From Escherichia phage vB_EcoM_PHB05, in sequence record NC_052652.1: a DNA stretch of 64,000 nt, one strand, 5' to 3'. The notes under the pieces are model-generated. The model ran no database searches and was not told the origin of the DNA. It saw only the letters and a program-made list of their open reading frames with translations. Position numbers and translations under genes: made by a program. How positions within the stretch are numbered: position 1 is the stretch's first letter; every line of letters starts with the position of its first letter. Positions 28,696 to 36,215 of the stretch are shown piece after piece.

Positions 28696-29547
28696 TTAAA
28701 CAAACATATCTAAATAATTTGTAGTAATAAATGCTCCATCTGCTTCCAGATTAACATAACCAGTAGCATTAGTGGTTAAGAAATCCAGATCGAAGGACTC
28801 TTTAACACCCCGTACCTCAACACGAGAGATATCGAATACAGGTAGTGTAACAGCCTCTTCGTGCAATACCGTACCTTTGTAGGTTGCCTTAATGATAAAC
28901 TTGATATTACCCGTTCCCGCATCATACAAAACACTTTCAAACCCTTTGAGAGTATACTTATCACCAGAAGTGAAGTGCAAAGTTGCTTTGTTTACAGTAC
29001 GTTTTTTACGAGGAGTTCCTTTCACACGTTTATGATCACTACGTTTTTTGTATTTAGGAGTGAATACAAACGATACACTCTCAAGAAAGGTATCAACATC
29101 AAGGATTTCAATATCCTCTGTTGCAGCAAATTTTGAAGTCGTTGCATCAAAATGCTTTCCCCTGCGATCATACATAAAGATATCAAACCGATCTTCTAAA
29201 TCAAACAAATTATGTATCTTAATTTCAGAATGCTTGCACATTGCAGCAACCTTAAACTCTTCAAAACGTGGGTGTTCTACAAGCTCTTCAAGTTTTACAC
29301 CAAAGACAGTATATTGTTTCGAAGTTTTTTCTGGCGTTGGCATTACAGAAGCATAATCACCGATTGCGCTTTTAAAGCAAAATTGTTCTTGACCTGTATT
29401 TTTACCAACGAATTTACAGTATTCGTCATCGTGCATACTTTCTTTGGTAGTACCAACAAACTCAAAACCATCCTTATTCTTCTCAAGAATTTCTTGATTA
29501 AAGATCCAACCTTCCAGGCGATACACTTTACCAACTTCTAGTTTCAT
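28696..29547 (-). CDS. Hypothetical protein, 283 aa
   Basis: Track ORF between TelA-like and lipoprotein genes; basic KR-rich linker; no motif recognised. Confidence 0.4.
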   Translation of the reverse strand: MKLEVGKVYRLEGWIFNQEILEKNKDGFEFVGTTKESMHDDEYCKFVGKNTGQEQFCFKSAIGDYASVMPTPEKTSKQYTVFGVKLEELVEHPRFEEFKVAAMCKHSEIKIHNLFDLEDRFDIFMYDRRGKHFDATTSKFAATEDIEILDVDTFLESVSFVFTPKYKKRSDHKRVKGTPRKKRTVNKATLHFTSGDKYTLKGFESVLYDAGTGNIKFIIKATYKGTVLHEEAVTLPVFDISRVEVRGVKESFDLDFLTTNATGYVNLEADGAFITTNYLDMFV

Positions 29548-29582
29548 CTGTTCCTCCTTCTTATTTAATCTGTATTAAATTA

Positions 29583-30188
29583 TTAACGGCGACGTGAGCT
29601 ACTAAAACTACGTTTCGACGAAGAATAACTTTTCGAAGACTTACTATAAGAGCTAATAGGGCTTGAGTAAGACTTACGAGCAGAGTAATCACTATTCACT
29701 TTTGTTGTTGATGGGCGTGAATACGTTTGTACACTTTGCTGCTTAATTGTGTTTTGTTTAGTTGTTGTATATGTATTCCCTTGTTTATCATAAAAACTAT
29801 GCTTTTGTGTTGTATATGATTTACTGTTAGTTGTAGGAGCAGCGTTGTTATTAATAATTGTTGTATTGCTACCGCCATCTCTATAACCACCACCGCCACT
29901 ATTACCACTCAACATATGACCAAGAAGCATACCTGTAGCAAATTCACCTACACCAGAAGAACCACTACCGCCTCCTTGCACAACAACTGTTGAAGGCTGT
30001 GCAGGTGCTGCTTGAACAACTTGAGGTGCAGGTTGATTTACATATTGTTCATCTACCATCTGATTTGGTGTTTGTTGGTAACGTTGGTTTTGTACATTTT
30101 CAGAATCATCACAACCTACCAGCAATGCACTGCCTAAAACAACTGCAACAATAAAAGATTTAATGTTTTTCATTTGTAACCCTCTCAT
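29583..30188 (-). CDS. Lipoprotein with glycine-zipper segment and S/Y/Q/N-rich low-complexity tail, 201 aa
   Basis: Signal peptide plus lipobox (ALLVGC); GMLLGHMLSG glycine zipper; extreme S/Y/T/K-rich C-terminus. Confidence 0.55.
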   Translation of the reverse strand: MRGLQMKNIKSFIVAVVLGSALLVGCDDSENVQNQRYQQTPNQMVDEQYVNQPAPQVVQAAPAQPSTVVVQGGGSGSSGVGEFATGMLLGHMLSGNSGGGGYRDGGSNTTIINNNAAPTTNSKSYTTQKHSFYDKQGNTYTTTKQNTIKQQSVQTYSRPSTTKVNSDYSARKSYSSPISSYSKSSKSYSSSKRSFSSSRRR

Positions 30189-30366
30189 TTAAAGTCTCAA
30201 CACAATTTTTAAAATCTCTAGAGAAACAATACATCTGTTCTCCGTTCCTGTTGATAGTAATTGTATGGTTATCAATATATGTTGTCAATATAAAAATCAA
30301 ACAAAATAGCCCTAAAGCAAAACAAATATTTTCAAACAGAATCCAAAGAACACGTAAAACCACCAT
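30160..30366 (-). CDS. Small membrane protein, 68 aa
   Basis: Single hydrophobic helix (ICFALGLFCLIFILTTYI). Confidence 0.3.
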   Translation of the reverse strand: MVVLRVLWILFENICFALGLFCLIFILTTYIDNHTITINRNGEQMYCFSRDFKNCVETLNERVTNEKH

Positions 30367-30382
30367 CAGATCACCTCAACAA

Positions 30383-30398
30383 AGCCCCCGAAGGGGCT
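30383..30398 (-). terminator. Terminator-like hairpin (AGCCCC CGAA GGGGCT)
   Basis: GC stem with tetraloop between the TerC-like gene and downstream genes. Confidence 0.4.
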
Positions 30399-30405
30399 TA
30401 ATGAA

Positions 30406-31383
30406 TTAAGCAACAGCCTGGTCTTCTTTTTCAGGGAAGATTAAACTTGCAATAACACCCAGCCCCAGAGTACCTAACACAATATACATACTGATCGTCG
30501 GATCAATGTGTGCTGGCAGGAAACTCACTTTTGCGTGCAGAGTTTCTGCAAATGGGTGATACATCAGTTTTACACCCACAAATACCAGGACTACGATAAC
30601 TGCTTTCTCCAGATGAACCAAATATTTCAGTGCAACACTAAGGACAAAGAACAGAGCACGTAGACCTAAAATTGCACACAGCATTGAAGAAAATACAAGC
30701 AGAGGTTCTTGTGTCACTGCAATTACTGCTGGAACAGAATCTACTGCAAAGATTACGTCAACCATTTCCATTACAAACACACAAACCAATGCAGGAGTTG
30801 CTACACGAACACCATTTTTGATTGTGAAGAACTTCTCACCATCCATCTGATCAGATACAGGGAACAGCTTACGAACAATGCGAGTAGCCCAGTGTTTAGA
30901 GTAATCAACTTCTGCGTCATTATCTCCAGCGAATACCATTTTAGCTGCACAGAAAAGGATGATCGCACCGAAGAAGATATTAACATACCAGCCCAAACTC
31001 AACAAGTAAGTGCCTACTGCTACAAACACACCTCGGAAGACAATCGCACCTGCAATACCCCAAAGTAGAATCTTGTGCTGCAAGTGTGTGCTTTTAATAC
31101 CAAAACTTGCGAATACTGCCACAAATACTACTAAGTTATCTACAGAAAGAGATTTCTCCAACACATACCCACTCAAGAACAAGCTCGCAAAATCAGCACC
31201 GTGTTGGAAGTATACAAAACCATAGTAGGCTAATGATACCCCAATCCAGAAAATTGACCAGCCAATTGCAGATTTAAATGAAATTTCTTTGTTTTCTCTG
31301 TGTCCAAAGAAATCAATACAAATCGACAAGACTAAAATACCCACTAAAACAACCACATCAATAATTGGGAAACCCAGTTGCAT
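30406..31383 (-). CDS. terC: TerC-family integral membrane protein, 325 aa
   Basis: Multiple TM helices and hallmark motif LEKSLSVDNLVVFVAVFASFG of the TerC/Alx family. Confidence 0.7.
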   Translation of the reverse strand: MQLGFPIIDVVVLVGILVLSICIDFFGHRENKEISFKSAIGWSIFWIGVSLAYYGFVYFQHGADFASLFLSGYVLEKSLSVDNLVVFVAVFASFGIKSTHLQHKILLWGIAGAIVFRGVFVAVGTYLLSLGWYVNIFFGAIILFCAAKMVFAGDNDAEVDYSKHWATRIVRKLFPVSDQMDGEKFFTIKNGVRVATPALVCVFVMEMVDVIFAVDSVPAVIAVTQEPLLVFSSMLCAILGLRALFFVLSVALKYLVHLEKAVIVVLVFVGVKLMYHPFAETLHAKVSFLPAHIDPTISMYIVLGTLGLGVIASLIFPEKEDQAVA

Positions 31384-31401
31384 TCTTTTCTCCTCTTTAA
31401 T

Positions 31402-31420
31402 GCGGAGGACAATCCTCCGC
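31402..31420 (-). terminator. Hairpin (GCGGAGGA CAAT CCTCCGC) upstream of the TerC-like gene, possible terminator of the preceding transcript
   Basis: 7-bp stem in the 77-nt intergenic gap. Confidence 0.35.
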
Positions 31421-31460
31421 TCTATGTCGTATACTATAAACTGTTTTTAAAGAAAGTCAA

Positions 31461-31709
31461 CTAGTTCAGTTCTGTAATTTTAAGTTTATCTTCTTTGTTA
31501 ATGATAGGGAAAGCTACAGCATCACCTACATCATCAATAAAGCAAACAGCAAGACCACCTTCCACTTTGCTAACCTGACCATTAAAGGCGTGATACGGGG
31601 CAGGAACAATATCTCCATCTTCAAGGAGAATAGCCTCATAAACCTTACCAACAGTACAATCACGAGTGTTTATAAATTTTTCAAGCACTTCAACATTTAC
31701 TTTACGCAT
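31461..31709 (-). CDS. Hypothetical small protein, 82 aa
   Basis: Track ORF. Confidence 0.35.
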   Translation of the reverse strand: MRKVNVEVLEKFINTRDCTVGKVYEAILLEDGDIVPAPYHAFNGQVSKVEGGLAVCFIDDVGDAVAFPIINKEDKLKITELN

Positions 31710-31724
31710 ATAAAAAATCCTCTC

Positions 31725-31931
31725 TTATTTGTTAGATTGAAAGATACCACGAAGTACCGCAAGAATGAACGTCACACAGACTACACTCCAAAACGTTACA
31801 GGAACATGATGCCAGTCTAAACCGATAATGTCAATCATATAGTTGTATGCTAAAAGCAGTAGCCAACTAGGGATTAACACAATCAAGAACACAACAATAA
31901 AACAACCTAATACTGCTAAAACACCTGCCAT
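31725..31931 (-). CDS. Small membrane protein, 68 aa
   Basis: Two hydrophobic helices (LAVLGCFIVVFLIVLIPSWLLLLAY; VTFWSVVCVTFILAVL). Confidence 0.35.
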   Translation of the reverse strand: MAGVLAVLGCFIVVFLIVLIPSWLLLLAYNYMIDIIGLDWHHVPVTFWSVVCVTFILAVLRGIFQSNK

Positions 31932-31940
31932 ACTTTCTCC

Positions 31941-32657
31941 TTATTTCAGTTTGTAAACAATTACATTTAAACCTTTGTTCACTAGAGTTTCTTCGATCAT
32001 AAGTTTTACAATATTCCAAGAACCTCCAGCCAAACCACAACCAAGCATTGGTAAACCTACAATTTTACCGCCTGAAGATACAACATCGTCTCCCATACTA
32101 TCTAACGCATTGTAGATAGCTTCATAATTCAGGTCACGCTTACCTTCCTCACGACGACTATAACCATATTGTCCATATAAATTATAAATTGTCAAATTGT
32201 TTTCTGTATACTTAGTAAACGTACCTAATTTTTTATAATCACCACGTTTAGTGGCACAATCTGCTTTAAACGCACCAGGCCACTTGCTTTTAATTTTTGG
32301 TGCAATACCACTACCCATAGTGCAAAAACAGTTACAGCAGTGTGCTATAGCGTCTATATCGCCTCTCTCGGCTGCTGCTAAAAGATCACCGTATACCTCA
32401 ATGATACCTGCTGGATAACTTGTTACAATTTCATCTTCCCAATACATTTTCTCTACACCACCGATCAGTGCAAAGTTTTGTGTAATGCGATCATCAATAT
32501 AGTTAAGACCTGAAACATACACAGCATATTCATCCTGTGCTGTAATGCCTTGTACACGAATTCTTAAGACACCATCTTTATCTGTTGCTACGCGCCCAAA
32601 ATCTTTTTCTGTAATATTGGTGATAGGATCTCCGAAAGTCGTCACTTTATTAGACAT
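31941..32657 (-). CDS. Macro-domain protein (Poa1p-like ADP-ribose-derivative processing enzyme), 238 aa from internal start
   Basis: Motif IDAIAHCCNCFCTMGSGIA matches the H-x-CN...MG-GIA signature of Poa1-type macro domains; start set at the Met with RBS AAGGGG, giving an 8-nt overlap with the upstream gene. Confidence 0.5.
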   Translation of the reverse strand: MSNKVTTFGDPITNITEKDFGRVATDKDGVLRIRVQGITAQDEYAVYVSGLNYIDDRITQNFALIGGVEKMYWEDEIVTSYPAGIIEVYGDLLAAAERGDIDAIAHCCNCFCTMGSGIAPKIKSKWPGAFKADCATKRGDYKKLGTFTKYTENNLTIYNLYGQYGYSRREEGKRDLNYEAIYNALDSMGDDVVSSGGKIVGLPMLGCGLAGGSWNIVKLMIEETLVNKGLNVIVYKLK

Positions 32658-33507
32658 AATAATCCCCTTTAACATTAGATTTGTTGATAATGTTGCTTTC
32701 AAAAAATTGACGCAGGAAATCAAAGTTCTCTTTGTATTTTTCAATATTATTGTAACCTTCTGCAAGGCAACCAAAGAACAGTTGTTCTACATAATACAAA
32801 GGAAGTTGTGAAAGTGCAATTTTAAAATCAACTTCGCTTTGACTCATTAGATACTTAATAGGACGAACCAAACATTTAGCATCAGTTTCTTGCTTAATCA
32901 TTTTAATAAAAGCTGCCAAGTTATTGATATAGTTGAAGTTAAGCGCAGCTTCGGTGTTGGCTTCTGTACCTTCATACTTTGCAAAGTACAGGAAAAACGT
33001 ATCGTTTTCAACACCTTCTTTGTCTAAAATTTCAATAAGTTTTTCTTCGTGTGTTCCTGTAATATTAACATCATCAATGAAAATCAGAGTTTTATTACCC
33101 CAGAAATCACGATTGATAGAGAAAGTGTCACCATCAATCAAAGCCTTACGATCTTCTTTGCTAAGAAATCCATAATCATTGATATAACTCACTTTACGAT
33201 GAACGATATCCCACTCTACTGCTTTACCTCCTTTGATAGAGATTAGGTAGTTGAGGTGATCTACAAAATGTTCAGATAACACTGTAGCTGCATTTTTCAC
33301 ATAGTTGTATGGAGATGGAATAACAACAAAACTTTCATTTACTAGTCGTTCTTCATATTTAGAAAAGAAACTTTCAGCCAGAATGCGTCCCATTCTTTTT
33401 GCTGCCTGGTTACTACCAAACTTTAGTTTGGAATAATCTGCAATGTTAAATTTTGCTTCCTTCAGGTTAGTAAAAGTATTAGCAAAATGTTGAATTTGAT
33501 TACGCAT
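32650..33507 (-). CDS. Phosphoribosyltransferase (type I PRTase fold) family protein, 285 aa
   Basis: PRPP-binding motif TLIFIDDVNITGTHEEKL (hydrophobic strand, two acidic residues, TG-T). Confidence 0.55.
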   Translation of the reverse strand: MRNQIQHFANTFTNLKEAKFNIADYSKLKFGSNQAAKRMGRILAESFFSKYEERLVNESFVVIPSPYNYVKNAATVLSEHFVDHLNYLISIKGGKAVEWDIVHRKVSYINDYGFLSKEDRKALIDGDTFSINRDFWGNKTLIFIDDVNITGTHEEKLIEILDKEGVENDTFFLYFAKYEGTEANTEAALNFNYINNLAAFIKMIKQETDAKCLVRPIKYLMSQSEVDFKIALSQLPLYYVEQLFFGCLAEGYNNIEKYKENFDFLRQFFESNIINKSNVKGDYYV

Positions 33508-34156
33508 TAATAAGTTCCTCTTTTTTAAGTTTAGCCAACAAATCTTCTGGATTAATAATATGACAGAACTTCATCCCTATGTCAACAGCTTTTCCATCAT
33601 AGATCAAACTATCTCCAACGTGTAAAATCTCCTCTGGTGCGAGATCAAACGTTACCATTTCATCAAAAGAGAGTTTAAAAAACCTAGGATCTGGTTTACA
33701 CAAGCAAAACTCATCAGAAAAATGCATAAAGTCAAATGGTAATTTTGTTAAGCCAGAATATACAGCTAAGAAACTACCTGGTACAAAATTAGTATTGCTC
33801 TTAATACTCAAAGAATAGGTTGAACTTAGCTCTTCCAACTTCTTGCAAAGCTCATGGTTCAATATTGGAGGATGTTTTATAAACATTGCTAAACAGTCTC
33901 TTTTTAATCCATCCACTTTATCAAGATCAATGTTCAAACGAGTAGAAAGTGTTTCCCAAGCATTCCTAGACGTTCCACAAATGCCTTTTTCTGCTTTTAA
34001 ATCCAGGAGAGTTTTTACCTCTTTATATACGGTAGCTGCTTCTGCCTCAGAACAAGAGGTATACTCGGCAATAACCTTGTTGCGTTCTTCTGCATACAAA
34101 GGATTAGCAGTAATAAGAGTATTCCATACATCAAAAGAAATATGCTTAACAGTCAT
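33500..34156 (-). CDS. HAD-superfamily hydrolase-like protein (phosphatase/nucleotidase-like), 218 aa from internal start
   Basis: N-terminal ISFDVWNTLI (motif I-like, second Asp replaced) and C-terminal HVGDSLIYDGKAVDIG (motif IV-like); start at the Met with RBS GGAGG. Confidence 0.45.
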   Translation of the reverse strand: MTVKHISFDVWNTLITANPLYAEERNKVIAEYTSCSEAEAATVYKEVKTLLDLKAEKGICGTSRNAWETLSTRLNIDLDKVDGLKRDCLAMFIKHPPILNHELCKKLEELSSTYSLSIKSNTNFVPGSFLAVYSGLTKLPFDFMHFSDEFCLCKPDPRFFKLSFDEMVTFDLAPEEILHVGDSLIYDGKAVDIGMKFCHIINPEDLLAKLKKEELINA

Positions 34157-34325
34157 TTTTAATCCTCCGTCCAAAAGAATATCATCTGCTTAATTTTATT
34201 AATCTCTTGACGTAGTAACTTTCCAGCATGTGCTTGATCTTTAAGATTTGCAGCAAGAGTTTCAAGCTCCGTTAGTTTTTCCTGGATAGCTTTATATTCA
34301 TCATCTGTAAGCATTTTCTTCCCCT

Positions 34326-34529
34326 TTAGAATGGTAATCTTTGTATATCACTTATCCCCACACCAAGAAGTCTAGCAATATCCTTATCTAAAAGCAACTC
34401 TTTTTGTTCTAAAATGTTAATCAGATCTCCTAATACTTCTTTAATGTCACGATCATTTTTAGCAACGTGACCACCTGCTGTATCAACTTTATCTTTAAAA
34501 ACAAAATAATGATCCATAATACCCTCCAT
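34326..34529 (-). CDS. Hypothetical small protein, 67 aa
   Basis: Track ORF. Confidence 0.3.
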   Translation of the reverse strand: MEGIMDHYFVFKDKVDTAGGHVAKNDRDIKEVLGDLINILEQKELLLDKDIARLLGVGISDIQRLPF

Positions 34530-34536
34530 ATAAATA

Positions 34537-34560
34537 AAGGAGGCTTTCGCCTCCTTTTAT
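34537..34560. terminator. Terminator hairpin flanked by A- and T-runs (AAAGGAGGC TTTC GCCTCCTTTT)
   Basis: Perfect 7-bp stem, symmetric A/T flanks. Confidence 0.55.
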
Positions 34561-34563
34561 CAC

Positions 34564-35724
34564 TTAGTAAGAACGACCACCAAACACATACTCTGTGTAG
34601 TTTTTACGTTCTTTGTTTTTAATAACAACTTCAATGTTGTTACCTTTATCATCGGTGAACATAAAGTGATAACCGTCACCACCCATTGTACGAATGTGTT
34701 TTTCATCATACGTTAGCAAGATACGGTCTACACCCCAGTAGTAGTCACCTTCTTCATCTTTATCTTCTACGGTAACGATCCCTTCCATTTCAGGAAGATG
34801 CTCTTCTCCTGACTTATGATCTACAGCTACAACATAACGATTACCGCTAAACAAACCTTGTGCTGTCATACCGTCAATATCGGTATCTGACGAAACATCC
34901 CCTGTACGATCTACACCGTTAACTTTCAGAAGTTTAACTTCTTTTGCAGCATAGCGGTGTTCAGTAATACTGATACCCATTAATGCAAGTGCATCAGAGA
35001 ATTTGTCATTAGGGTAACGGTTAAGTTCTTCTACTAATGACTGAACAATATCAAAGTTCAAATCCACGGAGAGATTATAAAGCGTTTCAAAATCTGGTAA
35101 GAAGGCTTTGTTCTCCAGATTTTTAGCCAGATAATCATCCATAGTAGCTTTAGGTAGTTTCTTATAGCTAAAACTGTAGAAAATACGGCTAGGACGATTA
35201 CGCAAAAATTCTGATACATAACCATCATTTTTAGTCAATACAAACAGCTTGTCATAACCACCAACACCATCCAGCAGGGTAAGCAGACCATCTTGTGCAT
35301 CTTTTTCAGCATACAGTTTATCAAATTCATCGATCATAATCATCACAGGTTGTGTGATTTTAGACATAAAATTGATAAAGCCTTCACCATTAAAAGCACT
35401 ACCGATAGAAATAGTAGGAATACCCATTTCACGAAGAGCAGAAGACAGCATTTTAGCTTGCAAAGTTTTACCGCTACCTTTCGTACCCTCAAGGAGAACA
35501 CCTGTGTTTTTACCTTTGCGGCTAAGGAACGTCTTGATAATACGTTCTGATTTATCATCAGTATCACCGTATGTTACTGAAGGGACTTCCATATCGTTTT
35601 TAGGATACAGGAAGAACTCGCCACTTTGAGTAACACCTACACCAAAAGTTCCTGCTGGAATTTCTTCAATATCTGTACCAGACTTCTGACGCAGGAAGAT
35701 TTGATTGCCGAATACTGTAAACAT
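34564..35724 (-). CDS. P-loop AAA+-type ATPase, copy A (RFC/clamp-loader-like motif layout), 386 aa
   Basis: Walker A GTKGSGKT, Walker B MIMIDEFDK, sensor-1-like VLTKNDG, arginine motif NRPSRIFY; paralogue of 50489..51616. Confidence 0.6.
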   Translation of the reverse strand: MFTVFGNQIFLRQKSGTDIEEIPAGTFGVGVTQSGEFFLYPKNDMEVPSVTYGDTDDKSERIIKTFLSRKGKNTGVLLEGTKGSGKTLQAKMLSSALREMGIPTISIGSAFNGEGFINFMSKITQPVMIMIDEFDKLYAEKDAQDGLLTLLDGVGGYDKLFVLTKNDGYVSEFLRNRPSRIFYSFSYKKLPKATMDDYLAKNLENKAFLPDFETLYNLSVDLNFDIVQSLVEELNRYPNDKFSDALALMGISITEHRYAAKEVKLLKVNGVDRTGDVSSDTDIDGMTAQGLFSGNRYVVAVDHKSGEEHLPEMEGIVTVEDKDEEGDYYWGVDRILLTYDEKHIRTMGGDGYHFMFTDDKGNNIEVVIKNKERKNYTEYVFGGRSY

Positions 35725-35744
35725 AGTTTTCTCCTCTATTTAAT

Positions 35745-36215
35745 TTAGTCAGATTCCCAAATGTTGTCTTTCTTAACCCACATTCGTTGATTATCTGAAC
35801 CTCTATAACGTTTCGTTGTTGGTTGATTCATATCATACTTACCATCTATCACTATGTCAACCAGTTTTTTAATTTTCTCTGGAATTTCTTCAAAAAGATA
35901 TCCTGTATATAAGACAATATCTTTTTTGTTTCCAAAACAATCTCTTACCTTCTCAAGAACATACTCTACAGTGTCAATGTTCTCTTTGTCAAGAGGTTCA
36001 CCACCTAAAACTGTTAATCCTTTAATGAAAGGTCGAGATAAATCTTCCAAGATAAGATCTAATGTTTCAGCAGTGAACTCTTGTCCGTAGTTATACGACC
36101 AGGCTTTCTGGTTAAAGCAGCCACGGCAACCGTGGCTACAACCGCTCACCCACAAAGAGCATCTTACACCGTCACCGTTGAGCATGTCAACAGGTTCATA
36201 TCCGGCGTAATTCAA
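35745..36215 (-). CDS. nrdG: Anaerobic ribonucleotide reductase activating protein (radical SAM)
   Basis: Cys cluster CSLWVSGCSHGCRGC near N-terminus; 156 aa; translationally coupled downstream of nrdD. Confidence 0.8.
   Translation of the reverse strand: MNYAGYEPVDMLNGDGVRCSLWVSGCSHGCRGCFNQKAWSYNYGQEFTAETLDLILEDLSRPFIKGLTVLGGEPLDKENIDTVEYVLEKVRDCFGNKKDIVLYTGYLFEEIPEKIKKLVDIVIDGKYDMNQPTTKRYRGSDNQRMWVKKDNIWESD

Noticed and set aside
33500-34174. Canonical HAD phosphatase assignment
   Set aside because: Motif I reads FDVWNT rather than DxDxT (second Asp absent), so only a HAD-like call at reduced confidence is made; it may be catalytically divergent or belong to another Rossmann-like family
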